Positions 26,495 to 38,653 of a DNA stretch of 64,000 nt are shown piece by piece; the first letter of the stretch is position 1, and each line of letters starts with the position of its first letter. The stretch covers positions 95,852,001-95,916,000 of the forward strand of contig OX597815.1 of NCBI GenBank assembly GCA_951406725.2. The letters are read 5' to 3'. The notes beneath the pieces were generated by a model. The model did no database searches. It was not told the origin of the DNA and saw only the letters and a list, made by a program, of their open reading frames with translations. Origin of the DNA: Octopus vulgaris. Its lineage: Eukaryota. The translations under genes and the position numbers were made by a program.

Positions 26495-28213
26495 AAGAGA
26501 GGAAAAATCATACGGCAGAATGCTAAATTGAAAGTGAATTTTGATAAAGATGGGTGTATGAAAAATAAAAAAAAATAATAAATTAAACAGGTTTTCTTTG
26601 CAAGGCAAATTTTTAAGACTTGGAAGGGGAAAAATGTTTTTTTTTAAATTGAGGAAGGAGAAAAAGAAATGTATAATGCTTTTTTCAAAAAAAATAATAA
26701 TACATATATACAAAAATTAATAAATAAGTTTTGCAGTCTTTATGCTTTTAGAGTTCAATAATAGTCCTTGGAAAAACTTCTTTGGAGTATTAGGATGCAT
26801 GTGTTTTAAATGTAGTCTATATTTTGAAAAAGAAGGGTGATTGTTTGTCAATACAGGAAATTGCGTAGGAGTTACCCAGTTCCTATGAGTAAGGGGAGAC
26901 AATTCTCTGAATTTTATGCTCTTTCATTGGAATGGAATTTTTGTCAGACAGGATGCTTATATCAATTGTTTGTCAGATACAACGCTGGAAAAATGATTAT
27001 GGTCATCGTGGAGTTTGCATATTAAGACGCTTTTGGAATTTTTCAATAAAAAGATTTTCCTTGTTGATTCTTTCTTGTGTAGAGAATCTGTCTTTACATT
27101 GGCAGAAAGGGAATATGTGAAATTTGGGATTTTTATCTCTACGGCAAGAGACTATGTGGCTACTAAGTGGAATTTCATGGTATTGTGAGATATTTATTTG
27201 TTCTTTATGGACTGCTACTCTTCTGCGTAAAGGAAGGCTCGTTTGTCCAACATAATTGTGTTGGCAACCGGCGCATGTGAGAACGTAGATGAGGTTCTCG
27301 GAAGAGCAGAAGTTGGTCTCGATTTTAAACTTTGTTCCTTGTTTGAAAGTAAATTCAAAGCCTTCAAATAGGAAGGGGAAGGTACCACAGTTAGGGTGTG
27401 CACATTTTTTAACTGATCAGGGTGGATGTGGTGAGTGAAGTTTGGCATTTGTTAAGAGGTTTTTCAAAGATTTATGTTGCCTTTTGCATTGAAGGATTTT
27501 GTGTATTGATAATTTTATTCATTTTTGGGTCAGTGGATGTTTTTTATGATTGTGGTGTATGCTTCGATGTTTTATATGATTGTGGTGTATGCTTCGATGT
27601 TTTGTATGATTGTGGTGTATGCTTCGACGCTTTTGGCATTGTGGGTGGAAATGTATGGAAGTATTTTGAGGTTGGGTGTATTACTGTGTTGGGTAGTTTT
27701 CAGTGTATTATTGTCTAGTTCTTTGGCACGTTTAATTCCATAGTCTATAAGTGTGGAGGGATATTGGCGTTGTAATAGTCTTTTTTGAGGTATTGAAAGC
27801 GTATTTTTGGAGTTTTTGGATCCGAGACAATGGTGCATACCGTTTTAGCTAAGTTGAAAGGGATATTTATCTCTGTGATAACACGTCAGAAATTTGGACA
27901 CCTTTTCCACATCTACCCAATGGAAAACTGGAAAATATACCTAGATGTTTGTTTCATCATATTGAAAGAATCTTATGAAAAACTTCTGGAATTCAAAACC
28001 AAATTGAACAACATACATCCAAACATTCAATTCACTATGGAATTCAGCAAACATCATCTCCCTTTCCTTGATCTCCTTATTATAAAAACAAACACCTAAC
28101 AACCAAATCACAACAGACGTCTACCACAAAAATACAGACTCACAACAATACCTGCTCTTCAGTTTATGCCACCCAAAACACACCAAGATAAATATCCCTT
28201 TCAACTTAGCTAA
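26495..28213 (-). mobile_element. Penelope-like element remnant with 5' inversion
   Basis: Plus 27872-28213 encodes the PLE RT C-terminus (HPNIQFTMEF..LPFLDLLI, TDSQQYL..CHPKHTKINIPF). Minus 27871-26495 continues RQYPSTLIDYGIKRA toward a decayed endonuclease region. Confidence 0.8.
27540..27632. repeat. 30-bp tandem repeat x3 inside the PLE
   Basis: TATGATTGTGGTGTATGCTTCGA occurs three times at a 30-bp period. Confidence 0.9.
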
Positions 28214-28489
28214 TATTGGAAATATTGGTGATGCAAAAACGTCTCATTGCTTTCAGGTGATATACTTCACTGCATGTGTCATTTATTTATACACCCTTAA
28301 AAGAGTGAATAATAACTTTGAGAGTGACAGTTCCACAACATTTGATCATGCTGGCCAAAGTCCTGTTCTCTACGTCAACATGAATCAGAAATGCTGAGTT
28401 ACACAATATCCAGCTATAGAGAGGGAGACCGGAGTATTCTACTCTCTGATTTTCTTCTTGAGACATAATATTACCTTTGCTGCTGCATC

Positions 28490-28790
28490 TACCTTTGTTG
28501 CTGTCCCCACCACTACGACCAACACCACCAACACTACCAGTCCCAGGCCCAGCACGAGCACAACCACCACCCACACTAGTACCAGCACCACCATCAGCAC
28601 CACCTCTACCACTACCACCAACGCCAGCACCATCACCACCACCACGAACAACAACGCCAGCACCACCGCCACTACCAGTACTAGCAGCAGAAGCACTAGC
28701 ACCAGCAACGTCAGCACCAGCACCAGCAGCATCATCATCATCAGCAGCAGCAGCACACCACCACCACGACGACCACCACTACTACTACTG

Positions 28791-28843
<53 letters not shown>
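28490..28843. repeat. Compound trinucleotide repeat (CCA/CAG/CTA)n
   Basis: Seen directly; accounts for the spurious poly-T/L/Y ORFs. Confidence 0.9.
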
Positions 28844-28844
<1 letters not shown>

Positions 28845-29879
28845 TTTAGTAGTCAAACCGTCCATTTATATTAGCACATGCTCACATATCCAGTTTTTCT
28901 GCCAAGTGGCTGTCAGCTAACATATAGGGAATAGTGACAATACCATATATTCTACTACTTGGCAGAACGACGAGTATAATCGTCTGATCAATTAGATCTT
29001 TCAAAAGAATATTTCTTTTTAAAGATTACCACTTGAGGAACGATGTCATCTAAGACGAATAAATATAAAAAATTATACCAAATGGGCTAAATTTAACTGT
29101 GCATCACGGATGAAGGAAGAATATTGGCAAACTATCCTTAGTTTATAGGCCCTTTGAATGATGGCAAAACATCGCTTTTTAGATGCAGAAGATTTTAATG
29201 AAAGGCGAAAAACGAAATCATGCTATCCTGGTCAAGAATATGGGGAAAATCCATTGCTCTGTTACATCATTTGGTACATGGAATGGAAACAAATAAATAT
29301 ATACACAGCCTGCTCCCATAGAGGGCAAAGTAAGATAGAAAGTATCCTTGGTGATACGAAAAAGAAACGGTTAGGGTTAAATGTTAACCGACCAGAAGTC
29401 TTCAAAGACACGTGGTAATCGATTAATATCGCAGCACATCATTCACGGCAGGATGAAGAGACATAAAAGAAGAAAAAGACTATAATGAGAATAAAATGAG
29501 AGAACAGGGTGGCTATTTGAATTCAGCAATCCAATATATTTTCTCTGTATCAAACGTCAGTTATAGACATAAACAGTGTGACCAAAGAAACCGTCGTCCA
29601 GAAACCTTATGAAAAGAAAAGACCTATGAAATGGATGATATTGTGCCACACTGGTACAAAGCATACATTTTTACAGACAGTGTCATATTGACTTTTACCA
29701 AAAGTGGTTACATAAATATAGTAAACTGGTATTTGATGGTGATACAAAAAGTACTACTCTAAAACGTGCTCAGTAATGGCGTGCCAGAGTAACACACATA
29801 GATGTATACTCAGTATCTAAACCATTTCCCCAAAGATTACTGTGATACTACTACTACTACTACTACTACTACTAGTGAT

Positions 29880-30088
29880 TTGAAATTTTATCCCATAAGG
29901 GCAGCTTTGGGGAAGGGATTAGTCAATTACTTGGACCCCAGTGTTTCACTGGTACTTAATTTGTCGACCCCGAAAAGATGAAAGGCAAAGACGACCCCGG
30001 CAGAATTTGAACTCAGAACATATCGACAGGCACGAAATAGCGCTGGGCATCCTGTCCAGCGTGCTAAGGATACTGTCAGCACGCCGCC
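29880..30088 (-). mobile_element. Abundant octopus-type SINE
   Basis: Minus: GGCGGCGTGCTGACAG...GAGTTCAAATTCTGCC...GCCTTTCATCTTTTCGGGGTCGACAAATTAAGTACCAG. Confidence 0.85.
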
Positions 30089-30130
<42 letters not shown>

Positions 30131-30131
30131 T

Positions 30132-31160
30132 AGATTGAGTATTGTGTTTTGAAGTTTGTGAAAGGGAAGAGGAGAATAGACTAGCTTGGTATGTCAAGTG
30201 GAGTAAAGAACGAATCATTGAAACACTGAAAATGCAGGGAACCTTGAAAGTGAATGAAGCCGTAGATCCAACACAATTTAAGAAAGACCAGAATGAAGGG
30301 ATGAATAAAATTTAGCAGGACAATAAAACACAACCTCAGTTCTTGATGAATAAAGATAAGATTGATTGGAATATAACCTGGTAATGGTTGCAGAAGGGAA
30401 ACATAAAAGGGTCCACTGAAGCATTAGTGTCCAGCGCTCAAAAACAAGCTCTCAGAACAAACTAATCCAAGTATTACATTGATAAAAGCACTAACTCTCC
30501 ACAGTGCAGGATCTGCTCTGAGAAGGGAGAAAGTATATGATATATTGTTAGTGAGTGATGTAAGCTCGCACAACGTGAATATAAAAGAAGACATGACAGT
30601 GTGGCCAGATATGTCAACTGGCTGTCGTGCGGTAAAGCAAACCTCGAGAGAGAGCTAAACAATGGTATGAGCAAAGATGAGAGGGAATAATGGAAAACGA
30701 ATGAAAATACTCAAGGATTTTACCATGCAGTACAACCAAGTCCTAGATGCGAGACGACCAGATATCGTGTTCATCCCTGAAAAAGAAGTGAAGATAATGG
30801 ATGTTGCAATACCAGCCGATAGGAGGTGAAATGTAAGGACACAGAAAAGATTGAGAAACACCAGTGCGACTGCGGGACGAAATAAGAAATTTATGGGCCT
30901 TAAGGGAAGTAATGGTGATACCATTGGTAATTGGAGCATTAGGAACAGTTTCCAAGGGCTTTGAAAAACATATTAAGAATATTGGAAACGCTGTCAAGCT
31001 CGAGGTGATCCCGAAGACAGCATTGTTGGGTACAGCTCGCTTTCTAAGGAGAGTATTGTATCTTTGAGCCACAGGAAAAGGTACTACTTGAAACCTTTGG
31101 TGATTTTTTGTTGACTGCTTTCAAGTAAAATTAAGAGCTATCCGAGATTCTTTCATGGTA
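30132..31160 (+). mobile_element. R4/Dong-like LINE 3' fragment (CCHC + RLE)
   Basis: CRICSEKGES, YKRRHDSVA, ARRPDIV..IMDVAIP, VIGALG, TALLGTARFLRRVL; (AAT)n on both sides. Confidence 0.85.
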
Positions 31161-33035
31161 CTAATAATATTAATAATAATAATAAGAATAAGAATAATGA
31201 CATCAATAATAAATAAATAGCATGGACCTGGTCGTCACAGAAACAAATGCCAATATGACCAAGCTAAATGATATAATATATACAGCAGCCGTTGTGGCCA
31301 TGGAAGAAGCTGGATACTCCATCAAAACCATCCAAACAGGAGTACTATCAGCCAAACCCTCCCTGTGGAGAAATAATATTCAGACAAAATAGAAAACAAG
31401 AGAAAGATCTGTCATTTCTTAATGAAACTTTTAGACGATCAGCAGTACTAAACAAGAAGAGGAGAAGAAAAATACTCTGTAAATACAAAATTACGGAACA
31501 AGGTATACCCGAGGTAAAAGAAGAGCTAAAGGAAGACATTCTCGCCAAAGCACAAAGAATCCACCGGTATTACAAACGCCAACGTTTCTTTGATCAAGAC
31601 AAACAGTTCAACTTCAACGCCAAAAGACTCGGCCAAGAACTTAACAAAAACAAAATAGAGATCAATGCAGCACCAACAGCAGAAGTGCAAAATTTTAGAA
31701 AGGAAATATGGTCGGCAAAGGAACAACCTCAAAAAAGTTGTACCGTAACAATGAATTCAGCACCTGAAGAACACTGGGCTCCTATAACAACTGAAGAGGT
31801 CACCCAGGCTCTGCAAAAACTAAGTAACTGGAAAACACCCGGTTACTATAAGGTCCTCAACTTTTGGTTAAAATACGTGACAGTATCACATAAAAAACTG
31901 GCTGAGAAATTTAATGAAATACTTGCAGTGACAATTCCTGAATGGCTCACGGAAGAGAAAACTATCCACATCCCCAAATACACTGATACAGAAAGCTACA
32001 ACAGCACAGAGCGATAACTGGTCTCCCTACAATTTACAAAGTCTTTACTGCAATAATATCGCAGAAAATGAGCAAACATCTGGAAGAAACCAACCTGTTT
32101 CCAAAAGAGCAGAAGGGATACTGCAAGGGCTCATATGGCTCTAAAGTTCAGTTAATGATTAGTAAAGACATAACTGAAGACAGCCGCAGAAAGAACGTCC
32201 TAAGTATGGTCAGGATCGATTACCGAAAGGCTCTTGATAGTATTACCAACACATGAATCATAAAAACACTAGCCATGAACAAGATAGCATCAGTAATCAG
32301 AAAATATATAACACATTCCACGAATAAATGGCAGACAGTGCTACAGCCCCAGACAAAGGAGGGATTCATAAAAATCAAAGCTATCCACATTTGAAGAGTA
32401 ATATTCCAGGGGGACATTCGTTCTCCACTACGTTTCTGCTTGGCACTGTCACCTTTATCTGATACGCTAAACAGAACTGGATGTGGATACAACTGCTACA
32501 ACAAAACCATCAGCCACCTCTTATATATGGATGATCTAAAACTGTATGCCACGAATGACAGAATGAGCTCGAAACATTGCTACAGAAAGAACATGGATTT
32601 ACTAAAACGAATAAACATGAAATTTGGCTTAGAAAAATGTGCCAAAGCAACCTTGAAAAGAGGAAACCTAGTTAAGAGCAGCAACATCACACTAGATGAA
32701 AACAAATGAAATAAGAGAATAAAACCACAGCCAGAGATACAAATAATTAGGTATCAAGGAACCATATACGATACAACACACACAAATGAAATAACAAAAA
32801 TACAAAAAAGAATACTATAGACGAGTTAGATTAATCACGAAAACAGAGCTCTATGCGAATATTAAGATAATACGTATCAACAGTCTAACTGTCCACTTAT
32901 AAGTTACAGCTACAATAGCCTCCACTGGACACTAAATGAACTAATCAAAATAGACAGGAAAACAAGAAAATTAATGACAGAAAACTAATGATTTAAGATG
33001 TACCATTCGAAATCTGACATAGAAAGATTAATATC

Positions 33036-33193
33036 TACATTATTTACATTTGACGGATATTTGTCCACATCGTGCTTGTTGTTAACACAACGTTTCGATT
33101 GATATACCCTTCAGCCTTTATCAGGTGTCTTGGGGAAATTTCGAACCTGGGTTCTCATTCCTAAGGTATCTTTCGATGTTATAATTGTTGTTA

Positions 33194-33290
<97 letters not shown>

Positions 33291-33540
33291 CATTATTATT
33301 ATATTATTATTCAGGTCACTGCCTGGAATCGAAATCGGAATCTTGGGGTTAGTAGCCCGAACTCTTGACTACTACGTCATATGGCCATGAACTTATTTCT
33401 TCAAGACACCTGATGAAGGCCGGAGGGTATATCAGCCGAAACGTTGTGTTAACAACAAGCAAGATGATGACAAATATCCGTGAAATGTAAATAACGTAAA
33501 TGATGTACATACTTCCTCATCTCTCAAATATAGAACTGTA
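33036..33540 (-). mobile_element. Non-autonomous element with tRNA-like head, (AAT)n and hammerhead, plus an inverted partial copy
   Basis: Arms 33036-33132 and 33402-33498 are inverted copies; tRNA-like segment at 33311-33386 on the minus strand. Confidence 0.75.
33405..33450 (+). ncRNA. Minimal type I hammerhead ribozyme motif
   Basis: GACAC-CTGATGA-a-GGCCG..CAGCC-GAAAC-GTT-GTGTT; stem III has no loop, as in dimer-dependent PLE hammerheads. Confidence 0.65.
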
Positions 33541-34657
33541 TCGAAGGGTTATATATACAACGAATGGAAGGTGGTAGAGTCCTTGTATAGCTAGAAAACG
33601 GTTACAGTATAACCACCATAGGACTGCAATAATACATACTTCAGAAGAAAGGGAAACTAATATAAATAGCCGCAATCATGAACAAAACAAAAACGGTTAT
33701 CTGTCTTTAAGGAAGCTGAAAAATACAAAAAAGAAGCCATAGTATCTAACAGCTATGAAGAAAAGAAGAAACAACAAAAGCTGTAAAACAAATAAAATCC
33801 AAACTAAAACTGGAACAGTAAAGGCTCATGCTAAAACGATGGCAAGAAAAGTTCCTTCATGGCAAATACTGGGTTAAATGAAACGCAAAAGAAATAATCA
33901 AAGCAAAATCCCAACAATGACTGAGAACCTCAGGATTAAAAGGAGAGATTGGAGGATTTTTAATTGCAGCACAAGACCAAAGCCTCCTCACCAGATATTA
34001 CCAAAAACATATAATGAAAAGAAACATAGGTAACTGCAGAATATGTGGAGGTGGACAAAAACAATAAACCATATTGTCTCTGGCAGTCCAGTCCTGGCTA
34101 AGAAGGAATATATTCACAGACACGCCAAAGTTGGGATCTATATGCACTAGAAGCTATGCCAAAACTACGGAATATCAACAGAATAGGTCAACGAAAATGA
34201 GAAAGCAACCATACTATGGGATATGTCAATACACACAGATAGAGTAATTAATGTCAATAGGCCTGATGTAGCTGTCAGAGATCATCAAGAAAAAATGCTT
34301 TCTAATCGATGTATCAATAACAACAGATGACAACGTTTTTCTAAAAGAAGTGTAGAAGCTATGAAAATACAAAGACCTGGAAATGAAGATAACTCGAATG
34401 TGGAGCCTAAAAACAGAAACGGTTCCTATCATAATAGGTATGATAAAAACTATTCAGACAAAAACATAACAAAAGCACCGGCACCAACAAGCATGTATAA
34501 CACACAGAAAACAATACTACTAGGCACCGCCCACATCCTACGTAAAACACTTTCAATAGATAACAATAAGTGTATCACAACAAACCACAGCACATATCCA
34601 AGGCACACAGAACTGCGCTCGGTAATACATTGAAAGCACGCGATGAAAATAAGACTA

Positions 34658-34763
<106 letters not shown>

Positions 34764-35142
34764 TCACCATTGCTGAAAACGCAACTTGAAAATGAGATGT
34801 GGTGAGGAAGGAAAAACTGGTCAAAATTAATTAGATGAATTAGAGGAATGCATTTGAAACCGTAACCCGCGTGAAGGACCTTGGAGTTTCCGCAGTTCTT
34901 GATACCCATATCGAGGCCAGAAATGCCTGACTACATTCTGGGACACTATTCTGTAGCGAAAGGGTGCTATTGTTCCTGAAACAAACAGAATCACAAGGTG
35001 ACAGTGTCTTTATGATTTTGTATACACTTTCAGGATTTACAATAAATCAATTTCACCGGAGAAGGTGTTTATAAGCCATTTAAGAAACATACCACAATAG
35101 ATTCACTTCAATATTTAAATTAAACTTGTCAAAATATTTTCG

Positions 35143-37020
35143 GTTTTTTATTACCTATTAACAGGCGTACATCGAAATCTTTAAGACAAATATAACGTGT
35201 ACTGAAAATACACAACGAGACACAATATAAAATCGGGGAACAAAAATAATAAAAATAGGCATTTGAAAAAAGAAGTAAAACCAAAAGAAAAGAATGAATT
35301 TTGAAAAAGATGATACAATGAGCCGGAATGCCCTCTCGACCCCGAAGTCGAGTTGTTACATTTAGACAGTTTTTTCTCTTCTTTTTCACAACACATTCTC
35401 GAACGATCTTTTCTCTCATTCCATCCCCCCCTCCGCCCTTCGTTTTTTCACAACATATTCTCGAAAAAAATTCCACAATTTTCTTCTGAACAGAAAAAGT
35501 TCACATTTTTTCCCACCAAATTATTTATTCCAAATTTATTACCTCTCTCTTGAAATTTTCCAGCATTGTATAGTCCACAACCAGCGGCCTTCTATTATAG
35601 TACACAGGCCCATCCATTCCAGCCATAAACTCTTTGTAATGTCTTCACAGTTCGTTGCTCGCTGACTCACTCACTATCACACACCTTTCCTCCTCTGGGA
35701 ACCTCCACTTAGGCAGTTTCACTCTCACCAAATTTTTCCACTTTGATATTTTCTTCTCTACCTATATTGGTTTCTTGTAAAGAATCAGGACTCCTTTATG
35801 CTCACTTTTAAACTCACTGGTCTTTGCACCTTCTCGTCTTTTCTCTTCATGTGTTTCAGACAGCTCTATATCATTTATGTCCGTCTTCTCTGCTTCTGCT
35901 GTCGCTTTCTGTAACACTTCCTTTGATTTTGCCTTCTTCCTTCTCTTGGGGCTGACGACTCCATCGCTCCCCTCGTTTGTCGCTTTTGTTTCTTTCTCTA
36001 TATCTTCCTTTTCTAGCTCACAGTTTTTATTTATTATCTTTTCTGTTTCTCTCTCCATCCTTCCTTGCGTCTCCATTCATCTCTCTTTCACTTCTTTCAC
36101 GTTCTGTATCCTCTCGTTCTGTTTATTTATATATTGCGGGCACTTCAATTTCATATGTCCCCTTTCATCGCAGATGTGGAAATTGGGTCCGCGACCCTCT
36201 ACTATTACATTCAGGGAATTTTCCCCTTCAATATCTGTTTGGTAGGGAAGCCTCTCTATATCTTCAAATGTGACGCAGAGCCACATCTCAACTCCGCTTT
36301 CCCACCAATTGAGCATGTCTGTTCTCCCAACCTCTGTGAGATCTGGCCTATCTTCGGTGGTCTTTATGATGGCTACTATCAACCATTCCGTCATCATATC
36401 AGGTGGCACCCTTGCTATCCTGACCCGGACGTGGCACCTTCCCTTATACGTAGGTAACAGCACCACCTTTTCCGATCTCAGGACTGCTGCGAAGTGTGAG
36501 GCCGCTTCTTCTTTTGTTGCAAACCTCACCTCCACCGTGCCATATCTCCTTCCTCTGCTTACGAATGTTTCCTTTTGCATTATGCTTTCTAGGCATCCCT
36601 CCACGTCTTCCTCTGATAATTTTTCAATTTTATTTGCGGTGACCGCTTGCGTGTAGTACACCAACGTTTTCTCAATCTACTCTTCAGTAAACTCTTGAGG
36701 AGAGACCACCTTAATTGCGCCATCCTCCTTCTTCACCAAGCTCAACCCATTCGTTATTTCTATTTTCCCAGTATGCACCTTTCTGGCTTCTAACGGTGTA
36801 GCTGCCTTTGCCGCAGCCGTTTTCGCGTAGCTTGCCATAACGCTACGCCACTCCTCACACCCAATGGGGAGAAAAAGGAACAAAAACAACAGCAGCAAGT
36901 AACAACACGCGCGAGACACTTCAACAATAGTATCAACAGGAAAAAACAACAACAGTTCTCACCTTCTTCGCACAAAAAATCACCTTCTTCTCATAAAAAT
37001 CACACTAATTCGCCAAAAAT
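35143..37020 (-). mobile_element. ORF1/Gag-only retroelement copy C, apparently full length with TSD
   Basis: TSD TTGTCAAAATATTTTCG / TTGCCAAAATACTTTCG; ends AATAAAAAA on the minus strand; single ORF. Confidence 0.8.
35525..36838 (-). pseudogene. ORF1/Gag-like CCHC nucleic-acid-binding protein (~437 codons, 4 in-frame stops, no frameshift)
   Basis: ORF-track pieces 36677-36952, 36077-36664 and 35762-36076 share one frame; MASYAKTAA, SRGRRYGTVEVRF, RVRIARVPP, VEGRGPNFHICDERGHMKLKCP, LVRVKLP. Confidence 0.8.
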
Positions 37021-38129
37021 TTGCCAAAATACTTTCGTCGCTTTGAGACTGCGACCAGTTCACTGACAAAATTCCGTGCTGCATGGAATTTTGTCATTGA
37101 ACAGATCACTGTCCCAAAGCGACGAAAATATTTTGACAAATTAAATTTAAATGTTCAAGTGAATCTAACGGCGTTTGTGTGTTTCTTAAATGGATTATAA
37201 ACACCTTCCACGCCGCAATTGTTTTCGTTCCAGCATACGATCTCAGATCAGGTCACTTGCTATGCAAGTACATCTCCGTAAATACAATAAATGTTATTGA
37301 GGAAATTCTTAAATAGTTGTAACGTTCTCCAAAAATATATGGATGGACGTGTTCAGGTTAAATATACGCACAAAGCAAGTAAGTAATATACGCTCATCTC
37401 GAACATTCATGTCAGTGGATTGATCATTTTTGTGATATCTGATTAGGAATAGATGAAAATATTTCCTAAGATGTAGCATCTAACATGCCACGTATTAAGT
37501 ACAACGAGGATAAACAAAATGTCCCTCTGACATTTCTGCATGCAATAAATCAGTAGCCTCAAATTTGTCTGTCATGCCGGACAGAATATAGCTTTTGAAA
37601 CGCCTTGTTTTTACTGTAACTTGCTAAATACAATCTAGAGGAATTTGACGCTACATGGGGAGAAACAGAATATATTTTGCTCAAGATATGGATAAGCTTT
37701 AGACTACGTCGATTGCACTGTAGAAGACACTATCACTGACACAAGCTAATCTGTTAGCGTTAGACACATACTTTTTCTCAATTTTTACGAAGGTATTGAA
37801 CACTACCCTTTTAGTGTCAGTGATTATAGGTTATGCAATCTCAAATGGATCGACCTAAATATTATGTTCCTTTAAATATTATGTTCCTTTAAACATATGT
37901 ACATTATATATATATATATATATATATACGTGTATATATATGTGTGTGTGTGTGTGTGTATGTATGTGTGTGTGAGAGTGGGCGTGTGTGTAATTATACA
38001 TTTGCAACTTATCATGGATGCTTTCTTAGAAAACTGAATACAAGACAACCGACTTATATTGGATACGAAGTTTACCTTTTGATATTAATACTTCTTGCTA
38101 ATAATTGATATATATATATATATATATAT

Positions 38130-38531
38130 TCTTTTACTATTTTACTTGTTTCAGTCATTTGACTGCGGCCATGCTGGAGCACCACCTTTAGTCGAGAAAA
38201 TCGACCCCGGGACTTATTCTTTGTAAGCCCATTACTTACTCTATCGGTCTCTTTTGCCGAACCGCTAGGTGACGGGGACGTAAACACACCAACATCGGTT
38301 GTCAAGCAATGCTAGGGGGACAAACACAGACACACAAACACACACATACATATATATATATACATATACACGACGGGCTTCTTTCAGTTTCCGTCTACCA
38401 AATCCACTCACAAGGCATTGGTCGGCCCGGGGTTATAGCAGAATAGACTTGCCCAAGATGCCACGCAGTGGGACTGAACCCGGAACCATGTGGTTGGTTA
38501 GCAAGCTACTAACCACACAGCCACTCCTGCG

Positions 38532-38535
<4 letters not shown>
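38130..38535 (-). mobile_element. Full-length tRNA-derived octopus-type SINE
   Basis: Minus: GGCGCAGGAGTGGCTGTGTGGTTAGTAGC...GGGTTCAGTCCCACTGCG...CAAATGACTGAAACAAG; flanked by (TA)n. Confidence 0.9.
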
Positions 38536-38565
<30 letters not shown>

Positions 38566-38580
38566 TATATATGTATTTTT

Positions 38581-38653
<73 letters not shown>

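Larger units (their letters stand above)
35058..37280. mobile_element. Palindromic Penelope-like non-autonomous element (35058-35142 + 37021-37280), split by the Gag-only element
   Basis: GAAGGTGTTTATAAGCCATTTAAGAAAC / GTTTCTTAAATGGATTATAAACACCTTC; palindrome centre near 37080. Confidence 0.7.

Noticed and set aside
27540-27632. CRISPR-like array
   Set aside because: Simple tandem repeat with no unique spacers, in eukaryotic TE sequence.
28439-28920. Mucin-like Thr/Pro-rich ORFs
   Set aside because: Compound trinucleotide repeat open in several frames on both strands.
29000-29480. Possible RTE-type LINE 3' remnant
   Set aside because: Too degenerate to support by eye; needs BLASTx.
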